DNA of 64,000 bases from Eledone cirrhosa (GCA_964016885.1 OZ024747.1:64170001-64234000); one strand, 5' to 3'; counted from the first letter of the stretch, positions 43,171-57,792 are shown. Made by a program: numbers and translations. Notes: a model not told the origin generated them from the letters alone.

Positions 43171-45388
43171 TTTTCTCTTTTGTAATATTTTCAGATTTTA
43201 TAATACATACTCAGAAATAAATAAGTCATTTAGGTAAATTTGATGGGAGTGGAAAAGTGACGACGCCAGATTCGGTTAAATAAAAGGCAAAGTTAACCGT
43301 GGTGAAATCTGAACAAATAGCGTAAAGTCTCCAAATAAATGAAATGAAGAAATTTGTCCGACACTCATACAAATTTTATTGATCTTTACCAGAAATAGTA
43401 ATGTTATCTAGATAGGGGAATACAATTGGCAACTCTTCTTCCCTGACAAATTATGAAATAACGAAATAATGTATGTAATTATCGTAGTAATGTATAATTG
43501 TGTGTGCGCACGCGCGTATATTGGATCTTTGACATCTTGGAAGATGATCTCTTCCAGTTTTTTGAACATCTTGTTCATGAAATTACCGTATAAGTGTTTA
43601 AATATTCTAACAAACACGTGCACCTTTAATATAGTTCTCTGAGTTGATGAGAACGGCGTTAGATATAGTATCATGCTCAAGGGCACACCAAACTGCCGAA
43701 AACTGAACCTACGATATTTAAATCGCGAACAACATCATCCTTTATATCTTGTTTAACTTTAGGTCGTCTTTCAAAAAGGGAAAGGTAAAAGCTGATAGCC
43801 CTTCGTACTAGTGTCACCATAACTCATTTTCTCCAGTTGAATGAAATGGAGCAACATGAAATAAAGTGTGTTGCTCAAGAACGCAATGGAACGCCGGGAA
43901 TCGAACAAGCAACATTATGATATTGATCCGAGAATCCTAATCACTAAGCTACATGCCTTCGCAAAATGAATAATGAAATAGCAAATGTATTTATTTTATG
44001 AGAGATATATAGTCTCTCATTTAATAAGAAGCTATTGATTCATAGACACACAAAATAACTTGCTAACAAAAAGTGAATGTTCAGCTCTTACCATTAAATA
44101 ATTAATTCTACATGCTGCACAAAACCAACAACGAGAAAGTCGTTTAAATTGACTCCAGTGCAATACTGGTCTATTATTTTATTGACCCCGTAAGGAAGAA
44201 AGGCAAAGCTAATATCGGCACGATTTAAACTCAGAACACAAAGGAACGTAACTATATGCCAAAAAGCATGTGCAACTCTCGACCGATACTACCAATGCCT
44301 CGCTCCAACTTATCACTAAATAATGACAGACTGTTGAGTTTGTTGACTTGTAGAGTTGAGTTAGCCCTCTTTGTAGAGATCTGACTCCAACATATGTCGA
44401 ATCTCAATTGCTCCTTTCTTCAGTATCAAGAGTTCTGATAATCTATTGATCTTAAAGCCCCTATCGGCCACCAATAAGCATGGTTTTGCACCCAGAAAAC
44501 TTCCCTCGGAGGCACAAGCTCGGGCAAGATTTGTTTGCCGGAGACAAGCAGTCGCACATGCATACTCCTCTTTCCCCTCCACACAACTGATGTTTTCCAA
44601 GAGACAGGGAAATGCAATGGTGGATACAGCTTGGCACTAGTGACGTCGCACCTCATTTCTACAGCTGAGTGAACTGGAGTAAAGTGAAATAAAATATCTT
44701 ACTAAAGTACACAACGTATCTCCAGGTCCGAGAATTGAGCTCACAACCACTTAGTTGCAAGGTCCAACGCTTTAACCTCTACAATCTATTGATAGCTATC
44801 TCATATCGTCAAATATCAAATCAGTGATTTGACCAGATAGCAAGGAAAGTATCAGCTGTGCTATAAATGTATGGTAAATAAATATTTACCAATTGTATAC
44901 ATTGTTTTAACTGATGTGCTAAAATATTACTCAAAATTCCATTGGCACAGGGGCATAAATAAATGCATGAATGGTGCCATAATATTAGTAGAAATGGTAT
45001 GATTTAATGTGTGCAGTGTAGATTGTATAAAACATTTTATGCGGCATTTAGATCAGAATATAGTTTAATCGTCATCACTAATACATTGACATGACTTTCA
45101 AAAACAGAGTGCACAGAGAACAATATACTAACAAATGATATAATACATATTAACATATTAATGGCTTACACGCTCTCACCCACAATATTAAAAGAACACA
45201 CGAGGCTAAAATATCAACACAAAATATTTGCTATATTGCGTTACAGACGGAAAATATTTTCGCATATGTATGTATATGTATGTATGTATATATTTGTATT
45301 TATATGTATATATGTATGTATATATATATGCATATATGTATATATATATATATGCATATATGTATATGTGTGTGTGTGCGTATATATA

Positions 45389-45419
<31 letters not shown>

Positions 45420-45528
45420 TAAATAGAATTGACGTCAGTATTTCAACCTATGTGCAAACTTTATTAACATAATACAATTCTTTCGATATCAATACACACG
45501 CACACACACACACACACACACATACACG

Positions 45529-45559
<31 letters not shown>

Positions 45560-47013
45560 TTATATAGTGGAATCAAATAAAGCTTACAGGAATAGACACA
45601 CTATAATGTCTAAATTCTATAATGATGAGAAGACAAAAGTTACGACGAAAAACGATTTAAAGAATTCCTGTGTGGACCCTCTAAAAATCATGGCGTATAA
45701 TTATTAAAGTAAAGTATTTGGCACCTACCACTACCTGTATATTATATAAACACTTCGACTGAATAATATGACAGTATGTTCGTATGTCGAATGCATTGCT
45801 TTTAATAGACAATTATATAAAAATATACTGAAGCGAAAACCAAACAGTCAGTGTCTTTTTTTTACCATTCTTAGCAATATTAACACTTCCTAAATATAAC
45901 AATAAGTAAAAGATTTTTGTAAGAGTGAAAAGAGCTCGATAATTAAAGCAATAAAAATAGGGCTTTTACCTGCAGATGACCTATCCCCACTGTTCTTGTG
46001 ATTACTCTAGTACATTTAACAAATCCGTCGAACGAAATCACATATTTACACATATAGACAGACTCTTTATATACGCTATGGTGATGCAAAAACAAAAACA
46101 AAATTAATATCAAGAAAATTTATGAAATCAAAGCGGAACGTAAACATACAAAGGAACAAACGGAGAGAATTTCCCCATGGTCAGTATCCTGCAAGACTGA
46201 TCAGAGAGGAAATGAACTAATATGAAAGGCAAAAATAACTCAAAAGTTTTCAACTAAAGATATTAACGGAAGATCTGATTTTAGATGTGCTATATCAATG
46301 CCAACAACAGATATACGAATATAGAGTTATTAAACAAAACTCTAATGTCCTCTGTTGACTATCTAATCGATATATAAAATATATTGGCCTCTTCATCATA
46401 GTTTACCACGTTCTTATAAAAACAGAATAAATACATAACAGTTTTTGGGTAAATAGGTATTACGTAATATCTGATATAATATACCAATAGATATGGATCG
46501 GAGCAGCACTGCGAATAGATAAATATTTTTGTCTCGAAATCCTGACGTTCCATGTTCAATAGCAATGTATCGTTTCCTTAGGATGTCAAACAGTACAATG
46601 GAATGAAGCATTGTGGCTATGATATTACCAAATCAAAATCCCGGACCAAGAATTAGTTTCTGCAATTCCAATCTGTTAAACAATAGTCAGATCAGAACCA
46701 CTGTTCTCAGAAACTAGGTAATGTCAGGAGATATTAAGTAATTTGTCTCAAAATTTCTTCCTCAAAGGGTGTACAACAACAACACACGAATGGAGAGATC
46801 CATTTAGCCGGGTGGTACACAGCAGTAATATTCGTAACCAAGTGTCGTAGTAAATCTAGAGTTTTAATGACACGGGACTTTGCATCAAAGTGGAGGTAAG
46901 CCAGAGCCGACCATATTTGGGAACACGGCGACGGTAATTCAAAATTGTAAAATTGAACTCGCCATTATATATATATATATGTGTGTGTGTGTGGTGTGTG
47001 TGTGTGTGTGTGT

Positions 47014-47045
<32 letters not shown>

Positions 47046-48453
47046 CTGTGTGTGTGTACGCGCGCGTGCGTGCGGATATATGTTGAATGAGGAAATGGGA
47101 CTGTCCGTCTTTCCGTTGATTTTCCCTTTATCTTTGTCCTATGTGCTCCCTAGTGTGTGTGTGTCTGTACTCACGAGAATAGTAAACGAAAATACAAGAC
47201 AAGGGATACTGTACGATGCATATATGAGTTTAACGCTTGATATAGTAGGAAACGTGTCTTAACATTTCAAACGTTAGTCCTGCACCAAGAATGAGATATA
47301 AAAGAAGAAATAGAAAGACAGACGAGAGTAAGGACGAAGAAACGAAAAAAAAAAAATACCAAGAAGTCTTTATCTGAACCATGCACGGGCGTATTTTGTC
47401 AGCCCTATCTGCATGTCGTTAGAACAATTTATTAATATTTAAAAACGGAAAAGCCAGGCAAAGGCAAGGGCTCTAGGGTCATAGAAGAATGGTATGAGGA
47501 AAGGGCGAGGGCGATGGGCTCAGGGCATAGGGTCCGGCGGTGTTAGGGCTGCATATATATGTATGTGATTATGCTTATTTATGTGTGCTTGTACATGTGT
47601 GGTGTACATGCGTGCTCATAAAGATTAAAACTGTAGTTTCCAGTAGTAGAAGGAAACCAGAAATAATGGCAGCTAAATTGATGGTTGGGGCAGATGGGCA
47701 AATATTAAGTAGAATTCATAATACACACACATACACATATCACATATTTATATTTGAATCATTAAAAAAAATATACTTTGCTAAAAGAAGATTTATTCTT
47801 CAGACAATTGTGGCGAATGAATAACAACTTTTATTGAAGAGTTATTTCAATTAGGAAGTCAATTCATTTCTAAATAGCCATTGATTAGCAATAGATTTTC
47901 ATGATTATGTTCTCCGTTCAAAGATGGCATCCATAAGATAAGAAGGAATACATTTACTTCTACTTAACACATTTACAATGGACAACAATACGTCTCATTG
48001 TACTGGACTTCGTTGCTTGTCTATTTATATTACACATATTGAACAGTGATGCTCATTTCCTATTTTATAAATTGATTGTGACGTGCAGCAATATAGCAAC
48101 CATGCCACATCTTACAACTCATTTCACACATACAAGCACAAACACGCAGGCATACACACATACACCTCTGTCTCTCTCTCTCAATATATATATACATACA
48201 TACATCTCACTCTTTCTTTCAATATGTATATATATATATATACAGAAATACACGCAACGGAGAAATGATTCAGTAGCTGGACATTGACCATGTTACTATC
48301 AACTCTAATGTGTGTAAATGTCTATGGATATAATTATGCATGGCTAATATAATTTTACATATGTGCAGACATACTAATATATATACACACACACAGATGA
48401 CGACTCACTCGCACGCAACTATCTATCTATCTATAGTCCTGTCTGTCACTCTG

Positions 48454-48572
<119 letters not shown>

Positions 48573-48889
48573 CTGACTCACAATAAAATAGTGCGGTAAC
48601 CCGAACTACATGGCATATGTATTTATTGCAATCCGTTTATGAGGAGAAGAGATTCGTCATTCGATAAATATATATCGATTAATTAAGTATCAGACTGACA
48701 TAGTGGATTGGATTAAATTGCATTAAGAAAGTGCACCAGCATGGCCTCAGTTGAATGCATGAATCCATTATAGGAATAAATAAAGAAGATTATAATAAGT
48801 TGATCACATGGCAAAGCTAATGATGATGACAATGATGTTAATGTTGATGATGATAATGATGATGGTGGTGATGATGTTAATGATGAGAC

Positions 48890-48934
<45 letters not shown>

Positions 48935-50719
48935 CGGCTGTCAGTTGGCTCAATAAAATTAGCCATCTTCCTAATTGTATATCTCTGCTGTCATTCCATC
49001 AGATTCCTCCTCTAAATCCAAGCTACAGCGATTCTGAGAGACACACATCATCATGATCATCATCTAGTACACCCTTCTCATTGCTGTATGTGTATGTTTG
49101 TGAGTATCTATGGACGTCTACATGTGTGTGTATGTGCTTGTCTGTATAAGTCTATGTAATTCGGTTTGTCTGTGTGTCCATGTTTGTGTGCGCTTGTATC
49201 TGTGTGCCTGTGTGTGTGTGCGTACCACTGTATTCGCATATATAAATGTATGGTATGTAAGTGAATGTATGTGTGTGTTTGTGTGTATCTATGATCATAT
49301 ATACGTGTGTATGTGCTTGCCTGTATAAGTCTATATACATCAGTCTGTTTATGTGTGTGTCTATGTGTGTGCATGTGCCTTTGTGTGCGTGTGCGCATGT
49401 ATCTGTGTGCTTCTGTGTGTGTGTGTGTCTATCTATATGTGCCCCTGTATTCGCACATATGTATGTATATATGTGTAAGTTTGTGTATCTACGTACGTAC
49501 ACATGAGATTATGTGCGTGTCTGTATAGGTCTATGTACATTATTATGTCAATGTGTGTGTCTAATTTTATATGTGCATCTAATTTTATAAGTATTTGTGT
49601 GCCTGTGTATCTGTGTGTGCCTGTGTGCCTCTGTATTTGCACATATGTATGTATGTGTATGTTTGTCTGTGTAATAATGGCAATTTCAGCTAAAGTTTGC
49701 TACCGGGAGATTGCTAGTGGAAATGAATGTGAAATAAAAGGATGAAATTACGATGCCAAATTTACAATTCAGCACTTATGACATGGCTTTAAACCTCTGA
49801 CCTCTGGTTTTATTCGCCCATCCGAGCACTTCATTGATCATTAATAACCACCAAGATAATATAGATATTTGCTGTTTGACTTTACTAGCTTCTATGCATA
49901 TGAAATGCTATCAGAATATTTATATATTTCGTCTACCCACAGCATACATATACATCTACACTTTAACTATTTACCCACCTGATTCTGTCTGTAACATACC
50001 ATTATTCTCCTGACGTTCTAATGATGAATTTAATTTAATTAATTAACGCTCATGTTTAATAAATAATCTATCACTTTGTGTTTACTGTCATATACACACT
50101 GCCGTAGTCATGCTTCTCTATCTGAATATGTTCTCAGCATGATAAAATCTAAAGTTAATTGAATCTATATCCGATTAGCATTTCATATTTAATATGTGAA
50201 GACTCATCACATTTTAACCTCTTTACAGCTGCAGCTCTTATTTTCATTCCAAATACACCATGAAATCTTGTATCATAACCAATGGTGATTGATGTTTCTA
50301 ATAGATATCACTAGATTTTAATGAACACCCACGTTTACTGAACAAATTTCTGCTGTGGAATTTCTGCTGACGGTTTCGGACAACCGTCACTCCTTTGTCA
50401 ATACAGTGTGGAGCAATTTCCTCGGCATGTCGCCTTAGATGAGATCATCAGAATAAGCTCTAACACAGCCGGTTTCTTAGAACAACGAGAGCTCTCCTGC
50501 CACGATAGTTTTCATTGGAAGTGCCCAGACGGCATAACTCTTTTTCCTGTACAAGGTCAGTAACCCTCTAGCCAGGAACGCTACGTGCTGCAACACGTTT
50601 TTCACCGCCAACCTTGTCGATTCATTCAAAAGCTCGTACACTGCAACCCTTAACCCAAAATAATGGAAGTTAGCCAAATATTGAGACTTGACTTAATGTT
50701 TACTTTTCGTGCCGGTCGC

Positions 50720-50900
50720 CGTCAAGACCTTTTGCCGCCACGATCCACGATCTCTGAACTGCCGTTTCCCTTCGGACAACTGGAAGGAGTGCGTCCCGAC
50801 TGAGGAAGAAACCCCGTGAAGTGGAATAATTGATGCAGTTGTTGGCGCTGGTCGTTCTAGGTGTCAATGCTTTTACCATCTTGTCCGCATGGAGCAACAG
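50720..50900 (+). pseudogene. CRE-like 3' fragment, highly decayed
   Basis: gaggaagaaaccccgtgaagtggaataattgatgcag..aatgcttttaccatcttgtccgc aligns with the other CRE-like ends. Confidence 0.45.
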
Positions 50901-51802
50901 AGATATATCACCTAGAATGGCGTGTAGAATCTGCCGTTCTCTCTTTCTCTTTCACTATTTAATTCTTTTATTGCAAACATTACATAATTCAATTGAAATG
51001 TGTTGAAATCTTTAGATTGCTGCTCATCTAATTTGGAGCAATGACCAGGTGGATTGTAGTCTTTCCGTTTTCCGTTATTAGTGAGTGTCAATACGTAGAT
51101 CCGGTACAAAAACGTGTTCGTATCTCGATTCTTTAAAACAATCCAGACTGGATCAAGGTAACTATATTTCCATTAGACTACCTTTCCTGCATATACTATG
51201 CTGGTCGCAAATCCTGGTAAAGGGTGATTAAATTTAAACGCGGACCTCATAAAGTCAGATCAGATAACGTCCACAGATTAATTGTGCCTATGGAAAGCAC
51301 CTAAACAGGTAGTGTATTTGTCAACCTTAAAATAACGAAAGGAAAAGTTGACCTCGACGTCATTTGAATTCCGATCGAAAAGAGTCAGTAAACATATGCA
51401 TTTAATCTGACAGTTACGGCTCTACCATACTCTTTACCACCTTTTTACAAAGCAATAACTCTTTACATTTCCTGATTATTGATAGTATATACGCTGTAAT
51501 CATGGGATTTTTAACGTGGGCTTGACACCTAATAGCGGTGTAATTTGAATATTTTGAGAAGAGTTGGTTTTAAATTATATATTAGAATTTTAACTCATAA
51601 TATTAATTGAATTAATTTGTGTTGGTAAGTTCATAAAATTTGAATGAAATCGTTTTAACATCTAAGATCTATTTTATATTAAGAGGGACATCAAATATTT
51701 TCAGATGTTGTGGTGGTGCATGTAGAAGAAAAAAATAATAATTGCTGACTAGAACTAACATGTAGCAATAGAAAATCAACATAATAATAATAATAATAAT
51801 AA

Positions 51803-51875
51803 TAATTGTTTCTACTTTTGGCACAAGGCCAGCAAATACCCAGTACATTACTGGTACTTTGTTTTATCGACCCCT
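51803..51875 (-). mobile_element. SINE S1 3' fragment inside (AAT)n
   Basis: S1 tail between (AAT)n runs. Confidence 0.75.
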
Positions 51876-51876
51876 C

Positions 51877-51931
<55 letters not shown>

Positions 51932-51933
<2 letters not shown>

Positions 51934-52930
51934 GATACAGTAATGGACTACAAATTTCAGAAGTCCCATTTACTGCTGAAATGGAAAACACAGTAAAAGC
52001 AAAGCAGGTAAAAGTAACTGCAAAGAAAGAACTGCTACAGAAACTGGCTAAGAAATGGCAAGAAAAGCCTCTGTATGAAAAATACCCAGAACGAGCTAAC
52101 AATCCTGATGTTGACAAAACTTTAACCCATCAGTGGTTGGCATCCTCTGGACTGAAATCGGAGACTGAAGGACTGATTATATCAGCACAAGATCAGTGTC
52201 TGCCAACAAAATATTACCAAGCCAACATAATAAAAAATGGATGCAACCCATTGATCATATAATTTCAATGTGCAGTCCTATAGCTCCAACCGAATACCTA
52301 AACAGGCATGACAGAGCTGCACAATACATACATTGGATAATGTGTAAGCATTTTGACCTGCCCCATCAAAAGAATTGGTGGGAGCATCAACCACCTCCCA
52401 TACTTGAAAAAGATCACATCTCAATCTTGTGGAACTTTAGCATCCAAACAGACCGAAAAATAGATGCAAAAGACCTGATATAATACTGAAGGACTTTAAA
52501 AAGAGGGTATGCCTGCTAATTGATATGTCCGTTCCAATAGACAAGAATGTATCTATAAAAACATTTGAAAAATTGAGCAAGTATAAGGACCTGCAGATAG
52601 AAATTGGAAAAATGTGGAAATTGAGAACTAAAACAATACCAGTGGTTGTAGGCGCTCTAGGAATGATACCTAAGGGGTCTAATGATTACTTATCGCAAAT
52701 CCCAGGAAACCCGCGTATAGGAGAAATACAAAAGATAGTACTAAGGGGAACTGCCCATATACTAAGGAAGATTCTGTCAATATAAGTACATCACAAGTCT
52801 AAACACCTAAAGATGCATGTGTGAGTATGTATGTTCTTTCTTGAACATGGCAGACCTTGTTGTCTCTTGAGGTCACTGGTTGTGACTTGGTGATAACTCG
52901 TATGAACATAAAGCAAGATAAATGCAGCTG
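51932..52930 (+). pseudogene. 5'-truncated R4/Dong-like non-LTR retrotransposon (RLE end + 3' UTR) in a (TAA)n array
   Basis: WLASSGLKSETEGLIISAQDQ..DHIISMC..YLNRHDRAAQYIHW..WNFSIQTDRKI..DMSVPID..EKLSKYKDL..IPVVVGALG..LRGTAHILRKIL*. Two frameshifts, and the CxxC of the zinc knuckle is deleted. (AAT)n at 51878-51930 and 52931-52955. Confidence 0.85.
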
Positions 52931-52974
52931 TAATAATAATAATAATAATAATAATGATGGGGATGATGATGAGT

Positions 52975-53580
52975 GTGACTTGAAATCAGAAACTGAATCA
53001 CTGATTTGTGCAGTACAGGAGCAAGCGCTTAGGAGAAACTATGTAAAGTGTAGCAGAGATCATTGGGCTGAGAGTGATAAGTGTGGTGAAAAGAGAGAAA
53101 AAGAGTGACATATTGTTAACTGGTGTACAGAGGTGGAACACAGCCAAAATATAAAAGGCGACACGGCAATGTCGCAAACATTATAGACTGGGAACTATCA
53201 GGTAAGCCCGAATTAGAGAGAGGAACCCCCGGAAGGGGTGCTTTAATATTACCGATTCAAAATCCCATGGAGCTTTATCATTCAGTGCGACCATGGAATT
53301 ATCTAAAGGAATCTGGATATTTTGGAAATAAACAAGGAAGAAATATTTGTATAATTATACCTAATGTCTGTCCTGGAGACAAACGATATACCAGGAAAGA
53401 AGAAGAAAAGTTAATATATTATAATAATTTAAAATGGAAATTATACAAATTTTGGGAAATGAAGAATATGGATGGTATTCCAACTGTTGTATATGTACTG
53501 TAGATTAACGGGATTGGTAGTCAATCTGAAATGTCAAGACCTACAAAATACAACACTCCTTGGGATTGTCCAGGGTCTTA
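52975..53580 (+). pseudogene. Second, older R4/Dong-like fragment
   Basis: DLKSETESLICAVQEQAL..YKRRHGNVANIIDWEL..KEEEKLIYYNNLKW..IPTVV, many disruptions. Confidence 0.65.
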
Positions 53581-53662
53581 AAAACAAATGAAATGTTACT
53601 AACTTACACCTCCGAAATATTTATTGTTTTACAGCTATCAGTCATAATAAAATAATATAAAT

Positions 53663-53849
53663 AATTGTTTCTACTTTAGGCACAAGGCCAGCAATTACCC
53701 AGTGCATTACTGGTACTTTATTTTATCGACCCCGTAAGGATGAAAGGCAAAGTCAACCTCGGCGGGATTTGAACTCAGAGCGTAAAGGGACGTAACTATG
53801 CTGGAAGGCATGGCGTCCGACCCTCTACCGATACTGCCAATCCACCGCC
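53663..53849 (-). mobile_element. SINE S1, young full-length copy
   Basis: Near-consensus, AT-rich TSD taaaa(a)taatata..aataat. Confidence 0.9.
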
Positions 53850-54062
53850 ATAAAATAATATAAATAATGATTGTTATTAATAGTGACTGCTTCTTTTGAA
53901 ATTTGACCCACGGTTGTGGCTTATCAAACAACGTAGTTGATAGGCTAACAAGGTTAGTGCAACCGCGAACTAAAGTCATCTTTAATAGGAAAGTATTGCA
54001 ACAATCCATAGAATAAACCCACACACAAGCATCACACACACAGACACACGCACACACACACC

Positions 54063-54111
<49 letters not shown>

Positions 54112-54774
54112 GTGTATATATATGTGTATGTGTGTGCCTGTCTGTCTGTATGTATATATGTACGTACGTATGTATGTATTTATGTATGTACACGTGTGTA
54201 TATATGTATGTCTGAGTACAATAATCGTTATATTGAATCATAAGAAAGACTAACAATGTAACATGGCGCCATTTGAAATTTCCTTTAGAATAACATATAT
54301 ATACAAGCAAAACCAACAAAACCAAAATAACGAAAATTTCGCAACCAAAGACCCAAGAAAGAATTTTTACCAGTTAGTCTTCAAATTATAATTTCTTGTA
54401 TTCTTGGTAACAGCATGACTTTCTCAGCAACAAGTTCTGGTTCTTTGCCATGGGATTTGCTCAATGTTGCTTGTTACCTCTCTGCTGGAGAGTTCCTCAA
54501 TGCTGTTTTTCATGATAAACAATGGCATTCCTGAAATGAGAACATTCGAAAAGCATATAGCAAATAAACAAGAATATCCTGGAGTTTATTTAGCTTGAGG
54601 CTAGATACTAACCATTTTAATGTTCATATAACATTAATATAAATTTACAAAAAGCATATATTACATTTAAAATATTGCATATACGTTATAGGTTAAATAT
54701 AATAGCAAAATCTAAATGAATGTGTCTTACCATACAGAAAGAAAGCACAGCCAAACACATACTTTCTCTCTCTC

Positions 54775-54824
<50 letters not shown>

Positions 54825-54871
54825 CAAGAATAAGAAACAAAGAATCAGTGTTGCATCATAACATATTTAAT

Positions 54872-54960
54872 ACCATATTACATGTTTCACTATCAACCAG
54901 CTCGAGGACGACCTATTATTGACCGAACCCGACTCTAAACGAAAGATCATCAGATATGGT
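54872..54960 (-). ncRNA. Type I hammerhead motif (intact core) in a ~165 bp insert between two (TA)n arrays
   Basis: Minus strand accatat CTGATGA [58 nt stem II region] GAAA CATG TA atatggt. Perfect 7 bp stem I, palindromic stem III ACATGT. Confidence 0.75.
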
Positions 54961-54986
54961 TTCGTATGTGAGCTCGTCTCCGATTA

Positions 54987-55032
<46 letters not shown>

Positions 55033-55035
<3 letters not shown>

Positions 55036-55323
55036 TATGGAAGTTTCCGTTAAAAATTGAAAAAGTCATAGGAGTGAAGAGTGCTCTATGTAAGTACCAG
55101 AGCTAAATTTAATGTATAATAAACAATACAATATAATTACCTCATTACCAGAGGTTTCGCGAATAAGACGAATACAAAAGACGTCCTCATTCGTTCGTCG
55201 GACAAGGCAATTTTTGTCCGACGAACGAATGAGGACGTTTTTTGTATTCGTCTTATTTTGTATTCGTCTTATTCGGGAAACCTCTGGTAATGAGGTAATT
55301 ATATTGTATTGTTTATTATACAT

Positions 55324-55328
<5 letters not shown>
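55033..55328. mobile_element. TA-flanked fold-back element with rearranged hammerhead
   Basis: Palindrome 55107-55328 (loop about 55206-55213, 17 bp duplication in the right arm). aTGAGGA..GAAA CCTCTGG TA (55277-55289). Tail gagtgctctatgtaagtaccagagct nearly identical to 3938-3963. Confidence 0.8.
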
Positions 55329-55396
<68 letters not shown>

Positions 55397-55474
55397 CGAA
55401 AGTAGGAGGAAAAGGTTAAAAAACGCTCTATAACGTGAAAGGGAGCATTATATTATTATTATTATTATGTTTTG

Positions 55475-55618
55475 AAGCATAGAGTTACCTCCCTGTATGA
55501 TCTGAGTTCAAATCCCGCCGAGGTTAACTTTGCCTTTCATCCTTACGGGGTCGATAAAATAAAGTACCAGTAATGCACTGGGTAATTGCTGGCCTTGTGC
55601 CAAAAGTAGAAACAATTA

Positions 55619-55650
<32 letters not shown>

Positions 55651-55945
55651 GGGTGGTGGACTGGCAGTATTGGTAGAGCATCAGAACCACGCTGTGCAAC
55701 ATCGAGTTATGGCCCTTTGCGTTCTGAGTTCAAATCCCACCGAGGTTAACTTTGCCTTTGGTTCTTACGAGGTCAATAAAATAGAGCACCCGTAATGCAC
55801 TGGGGTCGATTTAATGGACTTTCCCCTCTCCCAAATCTGCTGTCATTGTGCCTACAGTAGAAATCATTTTACGAGGTCGATAAAATAAAGTACCGGTAAT
55901 GCACTCGGATAATTACTGGCCTTCTGCCAAAAGTAGAAACAATTA
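55475..55945 (+). mobile_element. Three tandem SINE S1 pieces, the first two separated by (ATT)n
   Basis: 55475-55617, 55650-55867 (long variant), 55870-55945. Confidence 0.8.
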
Positions 55946-57160
55946 TTATAAACCCAACATGTACGATGTCGGTATCTACACAGCGTAAACCGTATCCTAT
56001 TAATTAATACTGCAGCGGACGCTCATATGTGGCACCCCTGGTAACATTATGTAAAAAAGAGGCTGATATATTGACGCAGTCAATAACACGAACTGTTGAT
56101 ATTCCAACAAATTCTGCGTACAAACTTTGATGAGTTCCACCAGGTTAATAATACCCAAGATATGTCTCTACAGTACTTATGTGTTTTCATCCGGAGTTAC
56201 AGATCCGTACATATATACAAGCGTACTGTACACTGGCTAAAAGCGAAGCCACCTAACTGCGAAGAACATTTTCACATCACTCAGCCATACAACAAACGTT
56301 CTTGCAATGCACGCGTTCTTGCTTTCCTCTGTAAAATAGACTTTTCCTTTTTAAGCAAATAACATTTGTGAGATTCAGCTCAGGTTAACTGTAGGAAAAT
56401 ATAGTGATATATTAATGGGAATCTTATACAGTGAATCTCTTTTTTTATTGTGTTTAAATCAAACATAAGCTGAAAATAAAAAGTGAGCAAAGACAGACAA
56501 AATAGATGAAGTGAATTTATGAATCAAAGGGATTCAGTAAATTGAAGATTTAACACTTCTTATGGAGAAAGATAAAGTATATCAGTATCATGTTTGGAAA
56601 AAATAATGAGTATCTAAGAGAAAAATATCAAAGAAAAACCCGAAAACCACTAGCGTTTGAAGTGTTCAAATGTTATATGTTGAAATATGTTATTAGGTAT
56701 AGATTGAAGTAAAACATTTTAGAAATATTTATCATATATTGTGTTTTTACATTATTATGAAGTGTTGTAAATTTTTGAAGAATTTTTCTAGATGAGAATG
56801 AAAACAATTCTTAGCAAATGATTAAATACCATGAGAGACAAAAGTGAAAATCTCTCCCCCAGAAATAAACAGAGAGAGAGAGAGTGAGGGATGGGAGGGC
56901 GAGAGAGAGTGTTATATGTTTGTATGTATATATATATCTATATATATAGATAATTATTGACACAGTGCTGGGCCCATGGTACCATATGTCGACAGGTGTA
57001 GTGTTTGTACCAGAGTTTTCAAGTCGCTGGCTGGACAAGGGAGTCGCACTCGTTCAGCGCGTCGGTGGGGGTTCTCCTACATGGATGTAAAGTAGTGGCC
57101 GTACTCGAAAAACGAGTTGGCAGCCGCCATATATATAGATATATATATATATATATATAT

Positions 57161-57355
57161 AACGAAGGTATTGTGGTAAGGAACCAGATGGACCATAACG
57201 CACCAGAGTATTCAATACCTAGGGTAGTAGAGTGGGTAATAGGAAAAGGTATGACCCCGACGGCAGAGCTCAAGCCCTTTCGACGGCTATTTCTGGACCA
57301 GAAATGGCCGTCGAAACGGCTTGAGCTCTGCCGTCGGGGTCATACCTTTTCCTAT
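57161..57355. mobile_element. Family C fold-back element (58 bp arms, 1 nt spacer)
   Basis: Palindrome 57239-57355 centred at 57297. GAAA 57313-57316, stem III CGGC..GCCG, GUC 57333-57335. Tail hairpin 57207-57233. (TA)n on both sides. Confidence 0.8.
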
Positions 57356-57397
57356 ATATATATATATATATATATACAAATATATATATATATATAT

Positions 57398-57792
57398 GTA
57401 GGAGGTGAGTTTTATTGTAGTACAATAAAGCAATGGAGATATCGGATAAGAAGCACTCTACAGTTTGTAGGACTGGAGTATACATAATATATAAGATCAA
57501 AAGATGGTTAAAGAGGTTCCATGTATTTTATTATGCGCATTTCAAAAACAAACATCATCATGCAATAATATTTGTGTTTTCATCAGATAAAACAGGAGGA
57601 CATGATATGAAGGCTAAAAAACACTTGTGGATATGTTGATTTAAAACTGCACTATCCACAAGTGTTTTTTAGCCTTCATATCATGTCCTCCTGTTTTATC
57701 TGATGAAAACACAAATATTATTGCATGATGATGTTTGTTTTTGAAATGCGCATAATAAAATACACGGAACTCCTTTAACCATCTTTTGATCT

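Noticed and set aside
46414-46611. Peptide LFDILRKRYIAIEHG, vaguely like the zinc-binding region of Ginger/SCAND3-type integrases
   Set aside because: About 15 residues of weak similarity and no downstream DDE core.
54371-54530. Possible minus-strand exon (tttcAG acceptor, short open frame MPLFIMKNSIEELSSREV..)
   Set aside because: No recognisable protein and no supporting neighbouring exons. Needs RNA-seq.
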